Source: an uncultured bacterium (GTDB lineage Bacteria > Patescibacteriota > Minisyncoccia > UBA6257 > 2-01-FULL-56-20). Taken from it: a DNA stretch of 64,000 bases. The DNA lies in NCBI GenBank assembly GCA_963718575.1, contig OY970358.1:514172-578171 (forward strand). Direction: 5' to 3'. A program made the position numbers and the translations under genes. Below, one piece after another: positions 1 through 8,781 of the stretch (its first letter is position 1; each line of letters begins with the position of its first letter). The notes beneath the pieces are model-generated. The model was not told the origin of the DNA. It ran no database searches and worked only from the letters and a program-made list of their open reading frames with translations.

Positions 1-2
1 CC

Positions 3-203
3 AACGATGAAAGCTACCGCTCCCGCGCTGAACGCATCCTTCTTCAGCTCAAAGAAGACACCGAGCGCAACGGCGGCTACCCCGAGCTCATCGACGCAAA
101 CGGCGAACCTTATCGCACGTGGATCTACAAGAGCGCCGTCGCCGATTCTTGGTTTCCCCGCTTCGCGGGCGTGTGGCATAGGACGTTTGGGGTTCGCCCG
201 TAA
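3..203 (+). CDS. 3' end of a gene entering from the left edge (...YRSRAERILLQLKEDTERNGGYPELIDANGEPYRTWIYKS...GVRP*); function unknown, possibly a six-hairpin glycosidase-like C-terminus
   Basis: Open frame from base 3 to TAA 201-203 with natural composition, followed by an A-tract and hairpin; more plausible than the 7..213 track ORF. Confidence 0.55.
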   Translation, partial: NDESYRSRAERILLQLKEDTERNGGYPELIDANGEPYRTWIYKSAVADSWFPRFAGVWHRTFGVRP

Positions 204-220
204 GAGGAGATAAAAAAAAC

Positions 221-245
221 AGGCCTCGCGGTTACGGCGAGGCCT
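221..245. terminator. Hairpin AGGCCTCGC-N7-GCGAGGCCT between convergent genes
   Basis: 9-bp inverted repeat preceded by A8. Confidence 0.55.
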
Positions 246-930
246 TACTAGAATCAATCGAAACGCTGGCGGCTTCCTGCGCGGCTCGCAGTGCTTGCGT
301 TTTTTTACGAGAACGGCGACGGGACCGCCCCCATTCCCTCACTGTTTTTCGCTCTTCTGCGGTGAGACAGAAATTCCAATCTTCCCGCGTTTGTTTTCTC
401 TTGGCGTGCTCATTTTTTTGATAACACCTCCAGAAAGTGTCTCCGGCTTCTTTGTCTTGAAAAAGCTCGAATAGTCGGTGGCACTCACATTCGGGACGAT
501 GAAAAATTCTTTTCCAGGTAATACGCGCTCGCTCCAAAAAATTCTTGACGAAATTCTCCGTGCGGAGGACTTTGCGAGCAAAATATTGGACACGGCCGCT
601 TGCATCATCAATGACAAGTATCCAACCCGCGTCCTCACCTGCGGGTCGTCCCACAACGATCTCAAAGGAGGAGCTCGGCATCCAATCGCATTGCTTCACG
701 ATTTTACGAGCACATCCCGTCCATGCCCTCACCCGATATCCTTTATGGGAGATCTCGAAGCCGACCTCTCCCGCGATCACAAATTTTTCCGTTGCTACCC
801 CGTTGTGATATTCAAGAATTCGTTGTTTTACCCACGGTGGGATTTCTTCAAACCCCAAAGCTTCCAATCCCTCCTTGAGTCCCCGATAATCCGCATATGT
901 CACCGGAACCGCTGCTGGCATGAAAACCAC
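232..930 (-). CDS. Hypothetical protein with Cys/His-rich C-terminal region
   Basis: 232-aa ORF with an AAGGAGG SD-like sequence; the real start may be the ATG at 921. Confidence 0.6.
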   Translation of the reverse strand: MVFMPAAVPVTYADYRGLKEGLEALGFEEIPPWVKQRILEYHNGVATEKFVIAGEVGFEISHKGYRVRAWTGCARKIVKQCDWMPSSSFEIVVGRPAGEDAGWILVIDDASGRVQYFARKVLRTENFVKNFLERARITWKRIFHRPECECHRLFELFQDKEAGDTFWRCYQKNEHAKRKQTREDWNFCLTAEERKTVREWGRSRRRSRKKTQALRAAQEAASVSIDSSKASP

Positions 931-1221
931 CTCCTTCCCCTATTGAGTTTTAAACGCTCATTAGGTTATACAAAAATCTGTAAAAAAGCACAATGTCCGC
1001 CAATAAATTCACATATTCAAAAAAGACAAAGGGCCACACATGAAGTGCAGCCCGGGGAGTCACTGTGGCACGTATATAAAATATAGGTGCGAAATTTTTG
1101 GCTCGTAAGCCAGAGAGCGACCGCTTTTTACGGCGGTTTAAATGATGATGATTAAGTTTCGGCAGTCGCTGATATAAATATACCAGAATCCGCCACTCCC
1201 GCAAACCCGCCCTGTGGATAA

Positions 1222-2424
1222 CTACAGAATAACCTTAAAAAAGCGCTTTTTGCCTACCTTTATAACCTCTCCGCCCCGGAGGACAAGCGGGATCTGCGGG
1301 TCGCGGCAGGGATGGTTATCCACATCAAATCCCCCTTGTTCAACAAGGCGTCGCGCCTCGCTCTTACTCGTAAACACCCCAGAAGCGATAAGAAGGTCCA
1401 CCGGTAAAATATTTCCGCTATTTATCTTGAGTGTCGGGATCGCGTCCGGGGTCTCGCGTCGCGAGAACATTTTTGCAAAATTTTCCGCCGCCGCATGCGC
1501 TTTCTTCTCGCCGTAATAACGCTTCACCACCTCGAATGCTAAAATCTCTTTCACTTTTTTTGGATTATCGCCGCCCTTGATGCCGTCGACGTGCTTCTTT
1601 ATATCTTTTTCCGGCACATCCGTCGCAAGATGGAAATAATTCGGGATCTGATCGTCGCGCACGGACATCACTTTGCCAAATTGGTCGTCGGGCGCGTCCA
1701 CGATATTGATGACATTGCCCCAGCTGGTGGACATCTTGCGGCCATCAGTGCCAAGCAGCATCTTATTTGTCATGATATCTTGCGGTTTTTGCTTATATCG
1801 CTCCTGGATCTTCCGGCCGGCGAGCAGATTAAAGAGTTGGTCCGTACCGCCGAGTTCCACGTCGGCTTTGATCGTCACGGAGTCGTATCCTTGTATGATC
1901 GGATATAAAAATTCGCGCAAACTGATCTCTTTGTGCGCCTCCCAACGATCTTTGAAATTTCTGCGCTCCACCATCTGCTGGATCGTGAACATCTCCGCAA
2001 GCTCCGAGATCTCTTGAAAATTCAATTTTCTGAGCCAGGTGCTATTGTAGCGAACCTCCGCTTTTTTGAGATCAATGATCTTACCGATCTGTGCAAGATA
2101 GCTCTTAAGATTCTTTTTGACCTGTGCGGCAGTTAGGAATGGGCGTTTTTCCAGCTTGTCGGACGGATCCCCAACCTGTGCGGTAAAATCGCCGATAATA
2201 AGAACTATCGTGTGCCCAAGGTCTTGAAACTCCCTCAGCTTCCACAGCGCCACCGCGCGGCCGATATGGATCTTATCCCCTGTCGGATCGATGCCGAACT
2301 TCACCCGAAGCTTTTTGCCCGAAAGCAGCGCCGTGCGCAGATGACTTTCATCGATCACCTCTTCCACATTGCGCGAGAGCAATGTTTCGATCTTTTCCTT
2401 ATTCAGTTCTTTATTGACCGCCAT
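1222..2424 (-). CDS. tyrS: Tyrosine--tRNA ligase
   Basis: GIDPTGDKIHIGR (HIGH variant), ELGGTDQLFN, KMSTS, C-terminal S4-like domain. Confidence 0.97.
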   Translation of the reverse strand: MAVNKELNKEKIETLLSRNVEEVIDESHLRTALLSGKKLRVKFGIDPTGDKIHIGRAVALWKLREFQDLGHTIVLIIGDFTAQVGDPSDKLEKRPFLTAAQVKKNLKSYLAQIGKIIDLKKAEVRYNSTWLRKLNFQEISELAEMFTIQQMVERRNFKDRWEAHKEISLREFLYPIIQGYDSVTIKADVELGGTDQLFNLLAGRKIQERYKQKPQDIMTNKMLLGTDGRKMSTSWGNVINIVDAPDDQFGKVMSVRDDQIPNYFHLATDVPEKDIKKHVDGIKGGDNPKKVKEILAFEVVKRYYGEKKAHAAAENFAKMFSRRETPDAIPTLKINSGNILPVDLLIASGVFTSKSEARRLVEQGGFDVDNHPCRDPQIPLVLRGGEVIKVGKKRFFKVIL

Positions 2425-2499
2425 GTAGCTCTATTCTAGCACGAAAATGCTACTATTAATACAGAAAGGCGCCGATTGGCGAATATGGGAGGAAATGCA

Positions 2500-2799
2500 A
2501 TGGCGAGAACAGATTCGCAGTTGGAATCTTCCTTTGCTTCAATGCTGCTAGACGAGTCCTTAAAGGAAGTCCCCAGAGTGATGAAGCTGGGAAGCGTCTT
2601 TCACCTTGAAGCGCCAATCAACCTCGTAGGTCGAGAAGGGTTACATATTGCAGCGTTTTCCTGCCCAAAATGTGGGTTCATTGCTCTCATTACACGCAGA
2701 CAACTGTATGAAAAGGAGTTAATGATCTGCGGTGGAGATTTTTGTTCTGCGGAGTGGAAAATTGATGGCGAAGATATCGTTCTCCGCGAACCTCAGTAG
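2500..2799 (+). CDS. Hypothetical small zinc-ribbon-like protein
   Basis: GGAGG SD upstream of ATG 2500; CPKC...CGGDFC. Confidence 0.6.
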   Translation: MARTDSQLESSFASMLLDESLKEVPRVMKLGSVFHLEAPINLVGREGLHIAAFSCPKCGFIALITRRQLYEKELMICGGDFCSAEWKIDGEDIVLREPQ

Positions 2800-2875
2800 A
2801 AGAATTCTCCTACGCTCCAAAACCAAAAGCCCGACGCTTCGCGCGCCGGGCCATTTTTTACCTTGGCAAATCTTT

Positions 2876-3472
2876 TTAGGATTTCTTAATGATCTCGTCC
2901 ACCACGCCATAGGCCTTTGCTTCCTCCGCGGAAAGCCAGAAGTCGCGCTCGGTATCTTTTTCCACTTTCGCGAGCGCCTGTCCGGTGCTCTTCGCAAGGA
3001 TCTGGTTCAGCCGCGCCTTCGTTTTTAAAATCTGCCGCGCGGAGATCTCGATCTCCGTCGCCTGACCGCCGATCGAATCCACCGAGACCTGATGCAAAAG
3101 TATCTCCGAGTTCGGCAATGTAAACCGCTTGCCCTTCTTGCCGGCGGCGAGAAGGAACGACCCCATCGATGCCGCGATACCGACACACATCGTCGCCACA
3201 TCAGGCTTCACGTACTGCATCGTGTCGTAGATCGCCATGCCGGCCGTGACCGATCCGCCCGGGCTGTTGATATAGAGTTTGATATCTTTCTTCGGATCCT
3301 CGTGTTCCAAAAACAAGAGCTGCGCAATCACGGTGTTTGCAACCGCATCATTCACCGGGCCACCCAAAAAAATGATGCGTTCTTTGAGCAATCGCGAATA
3401 GATGTCATATGCCCGCTCACCGCTATTCGTCTTTTCGATGACCGTCGGGATCAGATACTGGCCTTCTTCCAT
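2876..3472 (-). CDS. clpP: ATP-dependent Clp protease proteolytic subunit
   Basis: [28 protein letters not shown]; start taken at MEEGQY. Confidence 0.97.
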   Translation of the reverse strand: MEEGQYLIPTVIEKTNSGERAYDIYSRLLKERIIFLGGPVNDAVANTVIAQLLFLEHEDPKKDIKLYINSPGGSVTAGMAIYDTMQYVKPDVATMCVGIAASMGSFLLAAGKKGKRFTLPNSEILLHQVSVDSIGGQATEIEISARQILKTKARLNQILAKSTGQALAKVEKDTERDFWLSAEEAKAYGVVDEIIKKS

Positions 3473-3492
3473 GGTTGGTTGTGTTTTAAAAA

Positions 3493-4035
3493 TTATTTCT
3501 TCAACTCTTCCAGTTTGTACACCGCCTCCGCCTTCTTTATTTCTTCCTTTGCCGCGGCCGCATCGCTCCATCCGGAGATCTTCACTTCTTTTTTCTGTAA
3601 GATCTTATACGTCTCAAAAAAATTCACGATCTCCTTTAAAAGATGCGGGTTGGACGTTTCGATATCTTTGATGTTATTGATTGCACTGAAGCGCGGATCG
3701 CCCGCCTGCACCGCAAGCACCTTCGCATCCGGCTCGCCGGAGTCGTTCATATTGAGCAATCCGATCGGGCGAACCTCCACAAGGCATCCGGTGAATAACG
3801 GATCGCCGCCCATCACGAGCGCATCTAAATGATCGCCGTCTTCGGAACGGGTACCCGGAATAAAACCATAATCCAGCGGATATTGATATGAGGCGTATAA
3901 AACGCGGTCCAATTTGAAGATGCCAAGCTCTTCATTAAACTCGTATTTGTTCTTGCTCCCTTTTGGGATCTCAATGATCACATTGACGATCTCCGGCGCT
4001 TTTTCTCCTAGTGGAATTTTTTCCCAGGGTGACAT
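3493..4035 (-). CDS. ppa: Inorganic pyrophosphatase, family I
   Basis: [26 protein letters not shown]. Confidence 0.96.
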   Translation of the reverse strand: MSPWEKIPLGEKAPEIVNVIIEIPKGSKNKYEFNEELGIFKLDRVLYASYQYPLDYGFIPGTRSEDGDHLDALVMGGDPLFTGCLVEVRPIGLLNMNDSGEPDAKVLAVQAGDPRFSAINNIKDIETSNPHLLKEIVNFFETYKILQKKEVKISGWSDAAAAKEEIKKAEAVYKLEELKK

Positions 4036-4065
4036 AGTTTTATTTTCTTCTATTATATTACTTTT

Positions 4066-5337
4066 TTAGATTGCGATATCCTCCTTATCATCGGCCTCCG
4101 GCGCCGCGATCTGATCGCCACCGGAACTCCCTGCATCAACGAGTCCCGCAACGCCTCCTTCCACTTCTTCCTCCGGCCGCGTCTGCGAACGCACGTCGAT
4201 CTTCCACCCCGTCAGCTTTGCCGCGAGCCGCACGTTCTGTCCACCCTTTCCGATCGCGAGCGAGAGCTGGCTCTCCGGCACATACGCCCGCGCCTCGCGT
4301 CGCGGAAGGATCTCCACCTTTTCAACCTTTGCCGGCGACAGTGCATTCGCGATGAACTTCTCCGGGTCGTCGGACCACTCCGCAATGTCAATCTTCTCGT
4401 TGCCAAGCTCGTTGTTCACCGCCATCACGCGCGTACCGCGCTGGCCCACCAACGCTCCCACCGGATCGACGCCTTCGGCCTTTGATGCCGCCGCGATCTT
4501 CGTACGGTTTCCCGGCTCGCGCGCGATCGCCTTGATCTCAATCGCATCCTCCACCAATTCAGGAACCTCCATACGGAAAAGTTCTGCCACAAATTTCGGA
4601 TGCGAGCGGGAAAGGATGATGCCCGGGAGGCGCGTATCCTCCTGCACGGCAACCACTAAAAATCGCAATCGCTCCCCCGCCCGATAGTGTTCGCCCGGAA
4701 TCGATTCGTTGGCGAACATCACGCCGATCGTGCGGCCGAGATCCACAAAAATATTTCCGCGCTCGAAGCGCTGGATCACGCCGCTCACGATCTGCCCTTC
4801 GCGTCCGCGCCACTCGTTCAAAATGGAATCACGTTCGGACTCGCGCAACTTTTGCAGGATCACCTGCTTTGCGGTCTGCGCCGCAATGCGTCCAAAATCC
4901 TCGTGTGTTTCAAGCGGGAACATCATCTCCTCTCCCAGCTCAACATCTTTTTTGATCTTCTTCGCTTCATCAAACGTGATGTGTCGATCAGGATTGAACC
5001 GTGGAAGCTTCTGCTCATCATCCTCTTCGACCACCTCTTCCTTTTTCTTGGCTCCGTCTTTTTTTTCGACGGCCGCGCTCTCAGCCACTGACACCTCCTC
5101 TTCCTCTTCGACGAAACGCACCGTCGTATCATCTACAACGGTTTTGATCTGCCAGAAGTTCAGCTCACCGGTTTTTTGATCCATCTTGCACTTCACAACC
5201 TCACCGCGCTCGCCGTATTCTTTTTTGTACGCCGCCGCAATGGACGACTCGATAACGTCAAGAACCTTATCCGGATCCAATCCTTTTTCTTCCGCAACCT
5301 GCTTTAACGCTTTTGATAATTCTTTTATATTCAACAT
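4066..5337 (-). CDS. nusA: Transcription termination/antitermination factor NusA
   Basis: FGRIAAQTAKQVI, AREPGNRTKIA, SLAIGKGGQNVRLAAKLTGWKID. Confidence 0.97.
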   Translation of the reverse strand: MLNIKELSKALKQVAEEKGLDPDKVLDVIESSIAAAYKKEYGERGEVVKCKMDQKTGELNFWQIKTVVDDTTVRFVEEEEEVSVAESAAVEKKDGAKKKEEVVEEDDEQKLPRFNPDRHITFDEAKKIKKDVELGEEMMFPLETHEDFGRIAAQTAKQVILQKLRESERDSILNEWRGREGQIVSGVIQRFERGNIFVDLGRTIGVMFANESIPGEHYRAGERLRFLVVAVQEDTRLPGIILSRSHPKFVAELFRMEVPELVEDAIEIKAIAREPGNRTKIAAASKAEGVDPVGALVGQRGTRVMAVNNELGNEKIDIAEWSDDPEKFIANALSPAKVEKVEILPRREARAYVPESQLSLAIGKGGQNVRLAAKLTGWKIDVRSQTRPEEEVEGGVAGLVDAGSSGGDQIAAPEADDKEDIAI

Positions 5338-5366
5338 TTATTTAGTTGTTATTAAGTTATATCTTT

Positions 5367-5435
5367 TAAAAAAAGCCGCTTGAAAGCGGACTTACATCGT
5401 TCCTCTATTATATTTGCACTATGCCTCTATGTCAA
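5367..5435 (-). promoter_or_regulatory. Consensus sigma70 promoter of nusA followed by a leader terminator hairpin (probable attenuator)
   Basis: TTGACA(5435-5430)-N17-TATAAT(5412-5407), then AGTCCGC-TTTCAA-GCGGCT plus T-tract before the start codon. Confidence 0.75.
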
Positions 5436-5450
5436 GAATATGGCTTATGA

Positions 5451-5822
5451 CTATAAATTTTCATAATGGCGAAGGTCGGCAAGTTTGCCATTTTTGAGCA
5501 CTATCGCGATAAAATCGATCTGCCACCCGCTCCCTTCATAAACCGCCCAAGGATGCCGCGCTAAAAATAAAGAACTCGCCCGAATGAGCTTATTAAGTTT
5601 TTCCCGACTAAGGTTATCCTCTGGCATAAATTCGATAGGATATCCTTCGCTATTGATCGTCTTTACCTCACAAAATATCAATAAACCATCCTTTCTTCGG
5701 GCAATTATATCTATTTCGTTGAATTTTTCCCTATGATTTCGTGCCAATATTAAATATCCATTGTTTAATAGATATTTATTAGCAATATCCTCTCCTATTT
5801 TGCCGGTTTCTATATTATTCAT
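5451..5822 (-). CDS. yraN: YraN family PD-(D/E)XK nuclease
   Basis: GKIGEDIA..YL...GY.ILARN, EIDIIA, FCEVKT. Confidence 0.9.
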   Translation of the reverse strand: MNNIETGKIGEDIANKYLLNNGYLILARNHREKFNEIDIIARRKDGLLIFCEVKTINSEGYPIEFMPEDNLSREKLNKLIRASSLFLARHPWAVYEGSGWQIDFIAIVLKNGKLADLRHYENL

Positions 5823-5839
5823 AATTAAATATGAACGAT

Positions 5840-5992
5840 GAATTAAAATTGTGTTTTCCGTAAAACATATTAAAAATGTTTTTCAGCCAATTTTTGGCAA
5901 AAATTATTAAGAATTTAAAATATATACCTATTAATTGCCAATTTTTAATTTAAATAGCCGTCCCGAATTAAAATTGTGTTTTCCGTAAAACA
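5840..5992. repeat. Two identical 28-bp direct repeats (5840-5867, 5965-5992) containing the parS-like palindrome TGTTTTCCGTAAAACA
   Basis: Exact repeat GAATTAAAATTGTGTTTTCCGTAAAACA; core matches TGTTTCACGTGAAACA at 13/16. Confidence 0.7.
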
Positions 5993-6282
5993 ATTTTGAA
6001 AAACAATTTTGTTTTACAGTAGGTTTTATAGGTTTATCGGGTTTTGCCGTATTATTTTGATTTAATCCGGCAATCCGGCAAATCGCTCCTGTGAATTTGG
6101 CATCCTGTGAATTAAGACTATTCTGGAGTATTCCCCAAATGCCATCTTCGTCAGAGCTTCGACCGATAGGGCGATAGGAGGAACCCAGGAAGGCAACGGT
6201 GGGAGCAAAAACTATCTCAAGAGGTAAGCCAGTTTGAAATGCCAGACATATTGCCTTCCCGATCATCTCGCCGTATCCTTAT

Positions 6283-6621
6283 ATGACTATGAATCAAGAC
6301 CAATTAAAAGAATATAAAACGAAGTTGGAGAAAGAACGGGCGTTGCTCGCGGCGGAGATTGCGAACGATGAAAAGCCGGTGGACTTTGGAAGCGATATTG
6401 ATCATGGTGACGAAGAGAGCGACAAATCGGAACAGGTGGGGGATCAGCTCGCGGCGGCACAGGATTTGAAAAGTCGTTTGAATGAGATTGATATTGCGCT
6501 TGGAAAGATCCAGACTGGCACGTATGGAGTCTGTGAAAAATGCGGCAAGCCGATCGAGCACGAAATCCTCGCGATCGACCCGGAGTCGCGCTTTTGCAAG
6601 GAATGCAAATTGGAAAATTAA
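6283..6621 (+). CDS. TraR/DksA C4-type zinc finger protein
   Basis: Coiled coil followed by GTYGVCEKCGKPI...CKEC. Confidence 0.9.
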   Translation: MTMNQDQLKEYKTKLEKERALLAAEIANDEKPVDFGSDIDHGDEESDKSEQVGDQLAAAQDLKSRLNEIDIALGKIQTGTYGVCEKCGKPIEHEILAIDPESRFCKECKLEN

Positions 6622-6660
6622 TTTAGATTCTTTTAATGCTCGGCATGCGATAGTGCATGT

Positions 6661-8199
6661 ATGAGTAAAAAAATAGGACGATTATATTCTGCCGCGCTCG
6701 AAGGAATCGATGCAAAGATCATCGAGGTCGAAGCGGACATTAACGTCGGACTGCATTCGTTCAATATCGTCGGGCTCGGCGACAGGTCGCTTAACGAGGC
6801 GAAGGAGCGCGTCAATTCCGCGCTGAAAAATTCCGGCATTAAACCGCCGAATCGCGAGAATCGGAAGATCACGATCAATCTTGCGCCGGCGGATATAAAG
6901 AAGACCGGCTCACACTATGACCTTGCGATCGCTCTTGGATATCTCCTTGCAACGAAACAGATAAGAAACTTTATGTGCGCCGATAAGATATTTCTCGGCG
7001 AGCTTGCGCTCGACGGACGTCTTCGTCCGGTGAACGGGGCGCTGAATATTGCGGAGAAGGCGTCGCGCGAGGGATTTAAATATATATTTCTTCCCCGGCA
7101 GAACGCGAACGAGGCGGCGGCGATCGCGGAAATGAAAATAATTCCGCTGGATGACCTGCGCGATGCGATGGCGATCCTTGAAGAGAAAATAGATCGTGAG
7201 CCGGCTCGGTTCGATGAGGGGCTGGAGGGGGAACGATCTTTTTCGTCCGACGCGGATATCTCGGAAGTCAAAGGGCAGGAGAATGCGAAGCGGGCTCTTG
7301 AGATCGCGGCGGCGGGACAGCACAATGTTCTACTATTTGGCCCGCCCGGCGTCGGGAAAACATTTCTCTCGCGCGCGCTTGCGGGGATCATGCCTGACCT
7401 TACGACATTAGAGGCGATTGAGACAACGAAAATATGGAGTGCTGCAGGGCTCAGTCCCGGCGGCCTTATTCATAACCGTCCATTTCGGGTGCCGCACCAT
7501 ACGGCATCCATTACGGCGCTCGTCGGCGGAGGACAAGACCCGCGCCCGGGAGAGATAAGTCTTGCACACCACGGGGTTCTTTTTCTTGACGAACTTCCGG
7601 AGTTTCAAAGGAACGCGCTCGAGGCGTTGCGTCAGCCGCTCGAATCCGGCGTGGTGCACCTTGCGCGAACAAAACAAAGCGTGGCGTTTCCGGCAAAATT
7701 CATATTAGCGGCGGCCATGAATCCGTGCCCCTGTGGATTTTATGGCGATACAGAAAAAGAGTGTAAATGTTCCGCGTATGAGATCGTAAAATATCAAAAG
7801 AAAATTTCCGGGCCGTTGCTCGATCGCATCGATCTACAGGTGAAGGTGGGACGGGTTGCGATCGAGGAATTGAGAAAAGGAGAATATTGCGGCGGCGGAA
7901 AGAGCGGGGGAGGGAGCGCGGCGATAAAAACTCGCGTCGGTCGGGCGCGGACAATACAGATAGAAAGATACGGGAAACTCAATGCGGAGATGAGCTCCCG
8001 GGAAGCGCAAGAGACGACGAAGATGGACCAGGACGCCCGTGCATTCCTCGACACGCTCGACACCGGATATCTTTCTCCGCGAGGATATTACCGACTGCTC
8101 AAAGTTGCGCGCACCATCGCCGACTTGGAGGAGAAAGATGAGGTCACCTCACTCCATCTTGCGGAGGCATTCAGCTATCGATTAAAGGAAATACTTTAA
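6661..8199 (+). CDS. comM: YifB/ComM family Mg-chelatase-like AAA+ ATPase
   Basis: INLAPADIKKTGSHYDL, GPPGVGKT, PGEISLAHHGVLFLDE, AMNPCPCG, SGPLLDRID. Confidence 0.93.
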   Translation: MSKKIGRLYSAALEGIDAKIIEVEADINVGLHSFNIVGLGDRSLNEAKERVNSALKNSGIKPPNRENRKITINLAPADIKKTGSHYDLAIALGYLLATKQIRNFMCADKIFLGELALDGRLRPVNGALNIAEKASREGFKYIFLPRQNANEAAAIAEMKIIPLDDLRDAMAILEEKIDREPARFDEGLEGERSFSSDADISEVKGQENAKRALEIAAAGQHNVLLFGPPGVGKTFLSRALAGIMPDLTTLEAIETTKIWSAAGLSPGGLIHNRPFRVPHHTASITALVGGGQDPRPGEISLAHHGVLFLDELPEFQRNALEALRQPLESGVVHLARTKQSVAFPAKFILAAAMNPCPCGFYGDTEKECKCSAYEIVKYQKKISGPLLDRIDLQVKVGRVAIEELRKGEYCGGGKSGGGSAAIKTRVGRARTIQIERYGKLNAEMSSREAQETTKMDQDARAFLDTLDTGYLSPRGYYRLLKVARTIADLEEKDEVTSLHLAEAFSYRLKEIL

Positions 8200-8208
8200 T
8201 CCGCGCCC

Positions 8209-8763
8209 TTAGCTCGAAAGGAGAGTAACATCCTTTTGGCTGGGAATGATGATCGAGATGCCCGGGCTAAGCGATGAGAAATTTACAGATGGGTTGAATT
8301 CGACTATCGTATTGATAGGAACGCCGAATATTGCGGAGATGGACTGGGGAGTGTCTCCAACGGCAACCTGATAGATAACGTCGGAGGTTGGTGCCTTACT
8401 AACCACGCTCGCCGCGGAGGCGGTGGTCTTAGTCTTCTCTATCGGCTCAGCATCCTTAAAGGCTCCCTCTCCGTAGAGAACGTTCGTATTTTCCACCGAC
8501 TGAATGCTTTCTGCATTAACGTTGGCAAACGCAAGGAACGGGGCGCTTTGCGGAGTAAGCGCGGCACTATCTATTTCCGCACCTTCGGCCTGGGGAATCA
8601 ACCCCGAACCGCCCGAGACCCTCCGCTCCTGGATCATCCCCGCCGGATTTGCAACAAAAACAGAGCTCCAAAGAAGTCCGGATAATAACCCGCCGATGGC
8701 CAAAAAAACAGCCACTCCTAATGGCTTATAGTCCTTATTGAGCTTTCGGATAGTCGTACTAAT
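8209..8763 (-). CDS. Membrane-anchored LysM domain protein (start uncertain; ATT at 8763 proposed)
   Basis: N-terminal TM helix; C-terminal YQVAVGDTPQSISAIFGV..IVEFNP LysM. Confidence 0.75.
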   Translation of the reverse strand: MSTTIRKLNKDYKPLGVAVFLAIGGLLSGLLWSSVFVANPAGMIQERRVSGGSGLIPQAEGAEIDSAALTPQSAPFLAFANVNAESIQSVENTNVLYGEGAFKDAEPIEKTKTTASAASVVSKAPTSDVIYQVAVGDTPQSISAIFGVPINTIVEFNPSVNFSSLSPGISIIIPSQKDVTLLSS

Positions 8764-8781
8764 ACTTTCGATAATACCACA

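Noticed and set aside
7-213. 68-aa track ORF
   Set aside because: An alternative frame (3..203) gives a more protein-like sequence running in from the window edge
5840-5992. 28-bp direct repeats as a mini CRISPR array
   Set aside because: Only two copies, a 97-bp spacer, and no cas genes; the core fits parS better
6170-6210. RNase P or SRP RNA suggested by GAGGAA and CAGG words
   Set aside because: No GAGGAAAGUCC P4 strand or 3' partner, and no SRP helix-8 motif at the apex
5931-6266. 111-aa minus-strand ORF
   Set aside because: Runs across the parS-like repeat and a structured non-coding region; no recognisable protein features
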